In this document: in pieces, positions 13,057 to 23,490 of the stretch
Layout: every line of letters starts with the position of its first letter
Position numbering within the stretch: the first letter of the stretch is position 1
Assembly: GCF_006345805.1 (NCBI RefSeq)
Contig: NC_043023.1
Coordinates: forward strand, 10,788,001 to 10,852,000
Direction of reading: 5' to 3'
Length of the DNA: 64,000 nucleotides
DNA from: Octopus sinensis
Taxonomy: Eukaryota
The notes under the pieces: generated by a model
Told to the model about the DNA's origin: nothing
Seen by the model: only the letters and a program-made list of their open reading frames with translations
Database searches by the model: none
Made by a program: the position numbers and the translations under genes

Positions 13057-14646
13057 TCATACTGGAATAGTTTTGCCTCCAGCATGTTTCTTGATGTGTT
13101 TTGTTAAATCACTGTTAGATACAAACGACAGCCCACACAAGTCACAGTGAAAGGGTTTCTCTCCTGTATGAATGCGTTTGTGTATTACAAGGTAAGAATT
13201 TTCACGAAACGATTTCCCACAAGTTTGGCAGTGAAAAGGTTTTTCCCCGGTATGAATCCTCCTATGCGATTTCAAGTGACCGTTAGTAACAAACGATTTG
13301 TCACATACCTCGCACTGAAATCGTTTTTCACCTGTATGCGTCCTTCGGTGAACCGAGAGACTAGAGTTATCGCAGAACGACTTTCCACATATCTCGCAAC
13401 GATACGGTTTTTCCCCAGTATGAATTCGGTTGTGTTTCGTCAATGTACTTTTTATCATAAAAGATTTCCCGCATGTCTCGCACGGATACGGTTTTTCCCC
13501 GCTGTGTATCCGGCTGTGCCTCTTTAAATCACAGTTCGTAACAAACGACTTCTCACATATCCCACAACGGAATCGTTTATCTCCAGAATGAATTCTCTGA
13601 TGAACTACAAATCCAGAATGATCAGAGAATGATTTACCACATATTTCACATTCGTAAGGCTTTTCCCCCGTATGAACCCTAATGTGTTTTTTCAAATTAC
13701 TCTTAGAAACAAAACCCTTCCCACATATTTCACAGCCGTATATTTTCTCCCCAGAGTGAATTCTTCGGTGGCGTAAAAGATGAGAATAATCACAGAAAGA
13801 TTTTCCGCAGATTTCGCAACGATACGGTTTTTCCCCCGTGTGGACTCTACCGTGACGCTTCAAATCACTATTAAAGACAAAAGACTTCTCACACACTTCA
13901 CAGCGGAATATTTTCTCCCCCGTATGAATCCTCCGATGAACAACAAGAGTAGAATTATCAGAGAATGATTTCCCGCACACATCACAATGATACGGTCGTT
14001 CCCCAGTATGAGTCCGCTTGTGAGATGTCAAACTGCTGTTACAGACAAAAGACTTTCCGCAGATTTCACAGTGAAACAGTTTTTCTCCAGAGTGTATTCG
14101 TTGGTGAACTACAAGAGTAGATTTATCAGAGAATGACTTCTTACATATGTCACACTCATAAGGTTTTTCTCCCGTATGAGTTCGTTTATGTGCTGTTAAA
14201 TTACTATTACAGACAAAACACTTACCACACGTTTCACAGTGAAATAAATTCTTTCCAGTATGAATTCTTTGGTGACGAAGGAGGCTAGACTTTTCAAAGA
14301 ATGATTTACCACAAATTTCACAGTGAAAGGGTTTTTCTCCACCGTGTACCCTCTTGTGCTTTGTTAATTTACTGTTAGAGACAAAATCTTTCCCACAAAT
14401 CTCACACTGATAAGAGTTTTCGGTCAATTCCCCATTATGAATTTCTTTATATGTAAACGATTCATCTTCAGAAAATATTTTCTGGTAAATTTCACTGCAA
14501 TATCCAGGAATATTTCTCTCTAACGATGATTGTTCAATAATTGTTTCCCTGCGTAAAGGCTTCTCATCGCTCTGTGTTTGTGTTACTGAATTAACAGAGT
14601 TAAAAACAGTCGAGTTAAAAGTGTCCAAGTGATTAACGTCTTCCAT
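13057..14646 (-). CDS. C2H2 zinc-finger protein (gene 2), 16 fingers plus one degenerate N-terminal finger
   Basis: 529-aa ORF with an MEDVNHLDT N-terminus paralogous to gene 4. It ends by a +1 shift in the linker (GGKTIPV*). Confidence 0.93.
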   Translation of the reverse strand: MEDVNHLDTFNSTVFNSVNSVTQTQSDEKPLRRETIIEQSSLERNIPGYCSEIYQKIFSEDESFTYKEIHNGELTENSYQCEICGKDFVSNSKLTKHKRVHGGEKPFHCEICGKSFFEKSSLLRHQRIHTGKNLFHCETCGKCFVCNSNLTAHKRTHTGEKPYECDICKKSFSDKSTLVVHQRIHSGEKLFHCEICGKSFVCNSSLTSHKRTHTGERPYHCDVCGKSFSDNSTLVVHRRIHTGEKIFRCEVCEKSFVFNSDLKRHGRVHTGEKPYRCEICGKSFCDYSHLLRHRRIHSGEKIYGCEICGKGFVSKSNLKKHIRVHTGEKPYECEICGKSFSDHSGFVVHQRIHSGDKRFRCGICEKSFVTNCDLKRHSRIHSGEKPYPCETCGKSFMIKSTLTKHNRIHTGEKPYRCEICGKSFCDNSSLSVHRRTHTGEKRFQCEVCDKSFVTNGHLKSHRRIHTGEKPFHCQTCGKSFRENSYLVIHKRIHTGEKPFHCDLCGLSFVSNSDLTKHIKKHAGGKTIPV

Positions 14647-14694
14647 AATTAATTCTACAGAAATTCTTAAAAAATCCTAAGAGAAACGTCTGCA

Positions 14695-15156
14695 GGTATC
14701 GTCTCTTGTCTTGGATATCACGAGGATCTATTTACATGAGTGGAAATACGAAATGAAAATATAGTTTCGACTTACAGAAATTCTTTAAAAAAGCCTACGA
14801 GTTTTACTGGTACTACTTGAGAACAGTGGTCCCGGTGCGCGCACTTGCGTACTCGCGCTAAGTCGATCCTTACTTTGTGCTTTTGTGTTATTTACTTTGT
14901 TTAAAAAATTATTAACTTTGTGCTTTTGTGTTATTTACTTTGTTTAAAAAATTATTAACTTTGTGCTTTTGTGCTTTATTTACTTTGTTTAACAAAAATT
15001 ATTTACTTTGTGTAAAAAGTTATATATTTTCTGTTTTATTTACTTTGTTTTAAAAAGGTATCGTCTCTTACAGTTTAGTCTCTTGTCTTGGATATCACGA
15101 GGATCTGTTTACATGAGTGGAAATACGAAATGAAAATATAGTTTCGACTTACAGAG
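14695..15156. repeat. ~80-bp direct repeat (14695-14778 and ~15078-15156) flanking a GG-terminal CG-rich element end (14809) and T-rich repeats
   Basis: gtctcttgtcttggatatcacgaggatct.tttacatgagtggaaatacgaaatgaaaatatagtttcgacttacaga occurs twice and includes a minus-strand gtaagt donor-like site. Confidence 0.8.
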
Positions 15157-15344
15157 GTATCTTTTACTTTTTTTCTTTAGTATTTGTGTACGACTGGATT
15201 CTATCCAAGTGGAGCTCACGCTGCCGCAGACAGAGGGGCGTCGATTTTTCGGTTAAGAAATACAAAAAAGGTTTAAACATGACGTTGTAAGATTTGATGA
15301 TCAAACTTAAAACTCAACATTTGTCTGTATAACCCTCTCTTATA

Positions 15345-15912
15345 TGTTGGCAGAAACGTTAGCACGCCGGGCGAAATGCTTAGCCGTATTTCGTCTGCCG
15401 TTACGTTCTGAGTTCAAATTCCACCGAGGTCGACTTTGCCTTTCATCCTTTCGGGGGCGATTAAATAAGTACCAGTTACGCACTAGGGTTAATGTAATCG
15501 ACTTAATCCGTTTGTTTGTCCTCTCTGTGTCTAGCCCCTTGTGGGTAGTAAAGAAATAGGTATTTCGTCTGAGTTCAAATTCCGCCGAGGTCGACTTTGC
15601 CTTTCATCCTTACGGAGTCAATTAAATAAGTACCAGTTATGCACTGGGGTCGATGTAATCGACTTTATCCGTTTGTCTGTCCATGTTTGTCCTCTCTGTG
15701 TTTAGCCCCTTGTGGGTAGTAAAGAAATAGGTATTTCGTCTGCCGTTAGGTTCTGAGTTCAAATTCCGCCGAGGTCGACTTTGCCTTTCATCCTTTCGGG
15801 GTCGATGAAATAAGTACCAGTTATGCACTGGAGTCGATGTAATCGACTTAATCCCTTCGTCTGTCCTTGTTTGTTCCCTCTGTGTTTAGCCCCTTGTGAG
15901 CAATAAAGAAAT
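15345..15912 (+). mobile_element. tRNA-headed SINE (family A) with ~4 tandem body modules
   Basis: Head tggcagaaacgttagcacgccgggcgaaatgcttagc, then repeats of gttcaaattccgccgaggtcgactttgcctttcatcctttcggggtcgat..taagtaccag. The central block resembles the MetaSINE-type core (from memory). Confidence 0.8.
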
Positions 15913-16139
15913 ATATATGTTAAAAAGTGAGCAATGTGTTCTGTTGTGGTAATCCAAATAATATTTGCTGTTTCCTTTTCGAAAGTCAACGGAAAAGGGA
16001 AGAAAAATTAGGAAAAACTATTCGTTCATTTGTGACTGATTAAACCCCTTATTTGTCCTGGCCCCTTAAAATAGGGGACAACTAATTAAGAATGTATTTT
16101 CAGGATGAAAGGAAATGATAGACCACGAACTGGATGGAG

Positions 16140-16310
16140 CATCGACCCCGAAACATACAGTTCACCTTATCTTATCCACAAACATTACTGTTTACTTTAA
16201 CAGGACATAATTACAACACGGAATAATTAAATTACTTCTACTAATTAGAAACTAAGTACCCGGTGTCGTCGATAATTACCCTTTCGGAATGATACCGGTG
16301 TCATAAGTTA
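16140..16310 (-). promoter_or_regulatory. Putative first exon/promoter of gene 2
   Basis: Homologous to 35325-35545: exact actaattagaaactaa (16240-16255 = 35434-35449), paired accggtg motifs, and a donor-like site at 16165. Confidence 0.45.
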
Positions 16311-16359
16311 TAAGTTCCTAACGTAATTTAACGTCTGAAACATTCAGAAACCCTTCCAT

Positions 16360-16455
16360 TATAATAATGATAATAATAATGAAATTATTGTATACAGTGC
16401 TCAGGTGCACCACAACTTGTCAAAAGTGCGTATAGAGCATATATGAATGCAGATG

Positions 16456-16488
<33 letters not shown>

Positions 16489-16870
16489 ATAATGATAATA
16501 ATGAAATTATTGTATACAGTGCTCAGGTGCCCCACAACTTGTCAAAAAGTGCGTATAAAGAATATGCAGTAATGTACAAATGTCTGGGAAGTGAACAGTG
16601 TATGAGTCAGATACATGCTTGCGTGTGTATGGAGGGGAGAAATATCAGGTGTAGTGTTGGCGAATCTCAGGAAGCATGGAAGTGCTCCGACAACTAACAA
16701 CTGATGCCGGCAGTTTGTTCCATGCTTCAGCAACTCTTAGCGTGAAAAAATGTTTCCGAAAGTCATGGGAGCTGTGCTGTTTTCTAACTTTGTAAATATG
16801 TCCACGGGTGTTAGACGGGTGGAGTTCGAAAAGGTGCTCAGAGTTATTGTTTGTAAGATGGTTGATAATT
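16360..16870 (-). mobile_element. CR1-clade LINE 3' fragment with partly duplicated tail
   Basis: Reverse complement of the element at 22780-23294; (ATT)n tail; tail segment duplicated around a (TG)n tract. Confidence 0.8.
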
Positions 16871-17167
16871 ACTCCTTAAATTGTGTTCAACCTGTTATGA
16901 ATAAAGTAAGAGAAATCTTAAAATGTTAACTTGGTCGTATAGAAATTAAAGCAGGAAAATTAATTTAATATCGAACTAATTAAGTTAGTAATTACTGCAA
17001 GGGAGGACAACACAGTCTTCGCTTTTTTCTTTTGTAATTAAAAACTAGCGTTATTGACAGAGTTATAAGACGTACTTTCGACCCCTTCCAAAATATTTCA
17101 AAACATTACCCTGGGTCCTATATGCAACGTTAAACTTCAAACCACTAGCTACTGATAACCCAGATAT

Positions 17168-18164
17168 ACCTATTTCTTTACTACCCACAAGGGGCTAAAC
17201 ACAGAGTGGACAAACAAGGACAGACACACGGATTAAGACGATTATATCGACTCCATTGCGTAACTGGTACTTATTTAATCGACCCCGAAAGGATGAAAGG
17301 CAAAGCCGACCTCGGCAGAATAATTAAAACCGATCTCTGACAAGCAACATTTAAAAGGTGTTCAATTCCCAATGTACACTTTAATTTTGACGTCTATATC
17401 TAGCACGTTGACCGTCCACTTTTAGTGGTCAGTCCTTTAAATTTTGTATGTAAAAATATTTTAATCTTCGGATTTTTTTAATATGCTAGGCCACTGGTTT
17501 TAATTGATTAATATCAATTTCTACCCTTATTAAATTTTATATATATATATATTTATATATATACCAAGTAAGTTAGGGGTTGTGAATCCAACCCACTAAG
17601 GGATAATACTTATCCAATATACCGCTGGTATAATACCCAATTATTAATACACTAGTGTTTTTAATTGCAATGCAATTAACTTATTGTATTAAATGGGTGA
17701 AGGTAAAGAAATATTTTACCATTAATTTATATTACAAATAAGAAAATGGAGAAACACATTAGTTGGTTTATCAGCTTTAGGATATTAGAATGTTGGTATT
17801 TCGTCTGCCGTTATGTTCTGAGTTCAAATTCCGCCGAGGTCGACTTTACCTTTCATCCTTTCGGGGTCGATAAATTAAGTACCAGTTACACACTGGGGTC
17901 GATATAATCGACTTTATCCGTTTGTCTGTCCTTGTTTGTCCCCTCTGTGTTTAGCCCCTTGTGGGTAGTAAAGATATAGGTATTTCGTCTGTCTTTATGT
18001 TCTGAGTTCAAATTCCGCCGAGTTCGACTTCGCCTTTCATCCTTTCGGGGTCGATTAAATAAGTACCAGTTACGCACTAGGGTTGATATAATCGACTTAA
18101 TCCATTTGTCTGTCCTTGTTTGTCCTCTCTGTGTTTAGCCCCTTGTGGGTAATAAAGAAATAGA
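17168..18164. mobile_element. SINE family A copies in opposite orientations (17168-17320 minus; 17795-18164 plus, two bodies)
   Basis: Same body motif as 15345-15912. Confidence 0.75.
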
Positions 18165-18359
18165 TATTAGAATGTTGTCTTATTTATTTATTTAACAAAA
18201 CGAGAACCATAATAACATACATATATACAATTTAAAATTCAATACATATAAGATAAGAATACAAGTAGTTATTAAAAAACATGACTATATAAAAAAAAAA
18301 CATATATATTAGAGATAATATATAGATATCTAGTAGCGTATTTACAGATAAATTAATTA

Positions 18360-18512
18360 TATTTCGCCGTTTGTGTTGCCGAGTCGCTTTTTATATATTT
18401 CCGTTGTCAACTTTTAGTCCTGGTTAAATCGCACTGCTGTGTGAAGGACGTTTTGGTGTAATTAAAAATATTTCACCGTAAATCCTGGTTTATACGGCAA
18501 TAATAGGTAAGA
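18360..18512 (+). promoter_or_regulatory. Putative non-coding first exon of gene 3 ending at donor ag|gtaag (18506/18507)
   Basis: 34/41 ungapped identity with 37721-37761, which precedes paralogous gene 5. Confidence 0.55.
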
Positions 18513-18729
18513 TATATAATTTATGATTTTGTAAAATTAAAGTGTAATTGGGAATTGAACAGCTTTTAAATGTTGCTACTCAGGGATCGATTTTAATATT
18601 ATCCAGCAAGGTGGGGGAACTGGTTGGATCGTTAGCACGACGGGCGAAATGCTTAGCGGCATTTCAACCACCTTTATATTCCAAGTTCGAATTTCGCCGA
18701 GGTCATCTTTGCCTTTCATTCTTTCGGCT

Positions 18730-19096
18730 CTTTGTAACATAATTTCCACGTAACTAAACACTTTTAAACTTCGTATACTGGTAGAATGTGTTTATAAAAC
18801 ATCTTTTTCTCTTGGCTTTATTGAGAAAATTCTATAGTTTGTAAGATATTTGTTGGTTTTTTTCTGCAATTTCAACCAATCACTAACGTCCATTGAGGTA
18901 AAAAAAAAACATTCTGTACCATATGAATATGTCCCTCATTTAAGAAACAGATTGGGTTTATTTACATTTGTGAAGAAAAAAAGATACCCTTCCCCCCACC
19001 CCTAACCCTAAAACAGATCGATACTAGGGTCTTAATTATGGGTGAAAATTTCATATGACACCGCTAAAAAAAACTGCCGTTCAAACCGAAAAGATC
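18730..19096. mobile_element. GG-terminal MITE lacking its left end (same subfamily as 58986-59387)
   Basis: Ends gccgttcaaaccgaaaagatcc; internal ccctaaccctaa. Confidence 0.7.
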
Positions 19097-19197
19097 CTGA
19101 TACCCTAATATACATATAAACACGTCTATTATGTATTTATTGATTCGTATTGCTTTGAATTAATCGCACATTATCATGTAGCTTCAAGATTTCAAAT

Positions 19198-20100
19198 GGT
19201 ATCATCATCGTTTAACGTCCGTTCTCCATGCTAGCATGGGTTGGACGCTTCGATCAGGGTCTGGGAAACCAGGAGGCTGCACCAGGCTCCAGTCTGATCT
19301 GGCAGTGTTTCTACAGCTGGATGCCCTTTCTAATGCCAACCACTCCATGAGTGTAGTGGATGCTTTTTATGTGCCACCGGCACAAGGGCCAGAGGAGGCT
19401 GGCAAACGGCCACAATCGGTTGGTGCTTTTATGTGTCACCGACACGGACACCAGTCAGGAGGCGCTAGCATCTGCTACATTCGGACGGTTTGTTTGTATA
19501 TTTTTAGAATGACATTGTAGAGGAGGTGTGAGAGGTTGGAGCTGGTTAGTCTTAACATAGAATAGGAAGAATATTTTGGATAGACATGTCAGTCATCGAA
19601 TTTGATTTCGATTTCACTTGAGGTAAGTGAAATCGAAATCAAATTCGATGACTGGCATCTGTGCTAGTGGAGCACTAAGAGTACCATACGAGTAAGATCA
19701 TTGCCAGAGCAACAAGCTGGCCTCCGTGCCGATGGCATGTAAAAAGACACCATTCGAGCGTGATCGTTACCTATGTTGCCTTACTGGCACTTGTGCTGGT
19801 GGCATATGATAAAACATTCAAGCGAGGTCGTTGCCAGTGCTGCTGGACTGGCTCGTGTTCAGGTAGCACATAAAAAACACTATTTGAGTGTGGCCGTTGC
19901 CAGTACCACCTGACTGGCCCTCGTGCCGGTGGCACATAAAAGCACGCACTACACTCTCGGAGTGGTTGGCGTTAGGAAGGGCATCCAGCTGTAAAAAATC
20001 TGCCAGATCAGATTGGAGTCTGGTGCAGCCATCTGGTTCACCAGTCCTCAGTCAAATCGTCCAACCCATGCTAGCATGGAAAGTGGACATTGAACAATGT
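19198..20100. mobile_element. Two RTE-tail-type repeats in opposite orientation (19198-19490 plus; ~19600-20100 minus)
   Basis: (CAT)n-cgtttaacgtcc..ccatgctagcatgggttggac..ctggatgcccttcctaa.gccaacc family. Further copies at 28210, 40320, 40760, 47090, 50280, 53190, 55300, 59900 and 60200. Confidence 0.65.
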
Positions 20101-20529
20101 TGATGACCAGATTAAATGCTAGAGGGTTGAAAAAAAAACCTTTGAGCAATGCAGGTAAGATGTTAGAGCAAAGTATGTAAGGTGATGTCAATAAATGAAA
20201 ACAAAGAGGAAAGATATTGTATTACTTTATATAGGTTGTGTAATGATTGTGTAATATTTCAGGAAAGATTTTCCTTCTTAAATGGCAATAAAGAAAATAG
20301 GAGAAATGTGTTGTTACTGTCAAGCCATTATAGTGTGTTGTGATTTCACTAATGTAAATAAAACTTCCCATGCTTGAAAAACAAGTAAGAGTTAGGATGG
20401 GCATGTGTATTTATAAGTGCTATAGTTTTTATACTGTATATATAAGTGCTATAGTTTTTCTTAATCAAAATGTAGAATTTCCCCTGTTGTACCTCTACTT
20501 TCTTACTATCCTCATTATCTTACATTCCT

Positions 20530-21300
20530 GTATCTCTATTATTTCAGAATATCAGAAACTGCAAAGAACCATTTACTTCAGATCGTCAACATTCATTATC
20601 TTTTCAAAGACTAAGGGAAAATGTTATAAAGAACAGATATAATAACTCTTTTTATATAAATCTATGGTGAATTGCTGGTAAATTTTTTTTGCCTTTTTGA
20701 ACCAAGATAAATACCAATATTTGTCTTTTTCACTTCCTGAAAAGTTTACAAACTAATTTTGCATTTTAATTTCTGTTTTTCTTTACATGTAATATATACA
20801 AAATTGTTTTACATAGAATGGTTGTATTCTGTCAACATAACGTGACAGTCCCATAAAGGGAATTACACCACCGCTGTTTAGCCCTAGGAAGGATCGACGC
20901 TTCCTGTCGGCTTTGACACATTTCCTGTGTCCTTATATTTGTGAAGGGAAGGCAAGCACCCCCACCAGCCAAGATTCACACCTGAGGACATACATGTTTC
21001 TGGGTCTTACCCGTCATCAGCTCAGGATAGTGAAACCTTCTAGTTGAAATGCCTGTCTAGTCTTCGCAAAACATATATATTTACAGTGAAATCTATTCAC
21101 TGATCACCGTAAATAGAAATATTGAATTTCTAAATGTCTCAAAGAGACATGGAATGATTTACGGAGGAGTTTGCAGCATCTTCAGATATCACCAAAGCTC
21201 ACAGTTGATGGAAATGAAGCAGTAGTAATACTTGCTAGGAATATAATACAAAAACACACTGAAGAAAATTTCTGTATATTCTGATAAGAAAAGGAAAACT
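20530..21300 (+). promoter_or_regulatory. Splice acceptor (tttcag|20548) and conserved leader of gene 3 with a Penelope-like insert (~20830-21110)
   Basis: Leader homologous to those of genes 1, 5 and 6; the insert carries a hammerhead motif. Confidence 0.6.
20981..21026 (-). ncRNA. Minimal type I hammerhead ribozyme motif (Penelope-like-element type)
   Basis: Minus strand CCUGAG-CUGAUGA-CGGGUAAGACCCA-GAAACAUGUAUGUC-CUCAGG: perfect 6-bp stem I, intact core, 4-bp stem II with a C.A closing mismatch, 3-bp stem III with palindromic UGUA loop, GUC triplet. Confidence 0.8.
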
Positions 21301-22740
21301 ATGGAAAATGATTTAAGTGAAAGCAAGGTTAAATGTGAGGCAGAAACAAAAAGGACGGACTTTCCTGATGATGTAAAGATTGAGAAAGGTAAAAAATCAC
21401 ATCATTGTGATATTTGTGGTAAATCATTCTCTCTGAAGAACAAACTGACTAAACATAAATCTGTTCATACAGGAGAGAAGCCATATCGCTGTGATATCTG
21501 TGGGAAAATGTTCCCTCGAAATAGCAGCTTATATACGCATAAATTTATTCATACAGGAGAGAAGCCACATCACTGTGAAATCTGTGGTAAATCATTTGCT
21601 CAAAATGGTGCCTTAACTAAACACAAACGTATTCATACAGGAGAAAAACCATATCACTGTGATGTCTGTGGTCAATCATTTATTCAAAGTGATCACTTAA
21701 CTAGCCACATACGCATTCATACAGGGGAAAAGCCATATGTCTGTGACGTCTGTGATAAATCATTTTCTGTGAATAGTTCCTTAACCAAACATAAACGTAT
21801 TCATTCAGTGGAAAAACCATATCACTGTGATATCTGCGATAAATCATTCTCTGCTGAAAGCCGCTTCACTAAACACATGCATATTCATACAGGAGAGAAA
21901 CAACATCACTGCGATACCTGTGGTAAATCATTCACTCAAAGTAGTGACTTAAATAGACACAAGTATATTCATGCAGGTGAGAAACCATATAATTGTGAGA
22001 TCTGTGGTAAATCCTTCTGTCAAAAAGGTAATTTAATTAAACACAAATATATCCATACAGGAGAGAAACCATATCACTGTGATATCTGTGGTAAATCGTT
22101 TTCTGAAAGTAGTGGTTTAACTGTACACAAACGCACTCATACAGGTGAGAAACCATATCATTGTAACACCTGTGGCAAATCATTCTCTGATGCGACAGTC
22201 TTGATTAGACACAGGCGCATTCATACAGGACAGAAGCTATATCACTGTGATACCTGTGCTAAATCATTCTCTCAGAAAGCTAACTTAATTACTCACCAAC
22301 GTATTCATACTGAAGAGAAACCATATTGCTGTGATATCTGTGATAAATCATTCACTCGAAATGACCAGTTGACCAACCATGTCCGCATTCACACAGGTGA
22401 GAAGCCATATCAGTGTGACGTCTGCAGTAAGTCTTTCTCTAAAAAAGGTACCTTAACGTCTCACAAACATATTCATACAGGGGAGAAACGTTACCTGTGT
22501 GATGTGTGTGGTAAATCATTCACTGACACTGGCTACTTAACGCAGCATAAGCGTATCCATGCAGTTGAGAAAAAATATCACTGTGATATTTGTGGTAAAT
22601 CATTCTCTCAGAGTAGTAACTTAACTAGACATAAACATATTCATACAGGAGAAAAGCCATATTACTGTGAAATCTGTGGTAAATCATTCTCTGAAAATGG
22701 TGACTTAACTAGACACAAACTTATTCATACAGGAGAGTAA
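21301..22740 (+). CDS. C2H2 zinc-finger protein (gene 3), 16 fingers
   Basis: 479-aa ORF. The stop is an AAA-to-TAA change in the linker (GE*PYHCDV). Confidence 0.93.
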   Translation: MENDLSESKVKCEAETKRTDFPDDVKIEKGKKSHHCDICGKSFSLKNKLTKHKSVHTGEKPYRCDICGKMFPRNSSLYTHKFIHTGEKPHHCEICGKSFAQNGALTKHKRIHTGEKPYHCDVCGQSFIQSDHLTSHIRIHTGEKPYVCDVCDKSFSVNSSLTKHKRIHSVEKPYHCDICDKSFSAESRFTKHMHIHTGEKQHHCDTCGKSFTQSSDLNRHKYIHAGEKPYNCEICGKSFCQKGNLIKHKYIHTGEKPYHCDICGKSFSESSGLTVHKRTHTGEKPYHCNTCGKSFSDATVLIRHRRIHTGQKLYHCDTCAKSFSQKANLITHQRIHTEEKPYCCDICDKSFTRNDQLTNHVRIHTGEKPYQCDVCSKSFSKKGTLTSHKHIHTGEKRYLCDVCGKSFTDTGYLTQHKRIHAVEKKYHCDICGKSFSQSSNLTRHKHIHTGEKPYYCEICGKSFSENGDLTRHKLIHTGE

Positions 22741-22779
22741 CCATATCACTGCGATGTCTGGTAAACCATTCAGCAATGT

Positions 22780-23294
22780 GCAACCAAGAAAATACCCTCT
22801 ATCAGGCATTTGCCATATTCTGAACACCTTACTTCCCTGGGCATGGATACATTGAAATTCTGACGTCTGCCAACTAACTTGGCAGACACCCATAAAATTA
22901 TTAACTATCTTACAAACAATAACTCTGAGCACCTTTTCAAACTCCACCCATCTAACATCCGTGGACATATTTACAAAGTCAGAAAACAGCACAGCTCCCA
23001 TGACTTTCGGAAACATTTTTTCATGCTAAGAGTTGCTGAAGCATAGAACAAACTGCCAGCATCAGTTGTTAGTTGTCAGAGCACTGCATCCTTCAAAACT
23101 TCCATGCTTCCTGAGATTCGCCAACACTACACCTGATTTTCTCCCCTCCATACACACAAGCAAGCATGTATCTGACTCATACACTGTTCGCTTTCCAGAC
23201 ATTTGTACATTACTGCATATACTTTATACGCACTTTCTGACAAGTTGTGGTACACCTGAGCACTGTATACAATAATTTCATTATTATTATTATT
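22780..23294 (+). mobile_element. CR1-clade LINE 3' fragment
   Basis: Reads LPYSEHLTSLGMDTLK...IRGHIYKVRKQ..FRKHFF.LRVAEA*NKLPASVV, the CR1 RT C-terminal pattern; (ATT)n tail. Confidence 0.85.
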
Positions 23295-23295
23295 C

Positions 23296-23490
23296 TTTGA
23301 TGGTAGACATTTAACTGAACACAAGCACAGTCATACAGGAGAGAAACAATATTGCGGCACCTGTGGTGAATCTTTATTTCATGAACATGTTTTAACTACT
23401 CACAAATACTCCCGCAAGGCAGAAATCTTATCACTGTCACATCTGTGGTCAATTCTTCACTGAAACTGGATACTTAACTAAACACAAAAC
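23296..23490 (+). pseudogene. Decayed zinc fingers of the gene 3 array beyond the CR1
   Basis: catttaactgaacacaagcacagtcatacaggagagaaacaatattgcggcacctgtggtgaatc...tatcactgtcacatctgtggtcaattcttcactgaaactggatacttaactaaacac. Confidence 0.8.

Noticed and set aside
13147-13968. Antisense ORFs over the ZNF arrays (also 2651-3115, 34208-34486, 43404-43613)
   Set aside because: Expected by-products of repetitive finger codons; no independent signal.
14460-14646. KRAB, SCAN, BTB or ZAD effector domain at ZNF N-termini
   Set aside because: The N-termini are short acidic or low-complexity segments with none of the diagnostic motifs.
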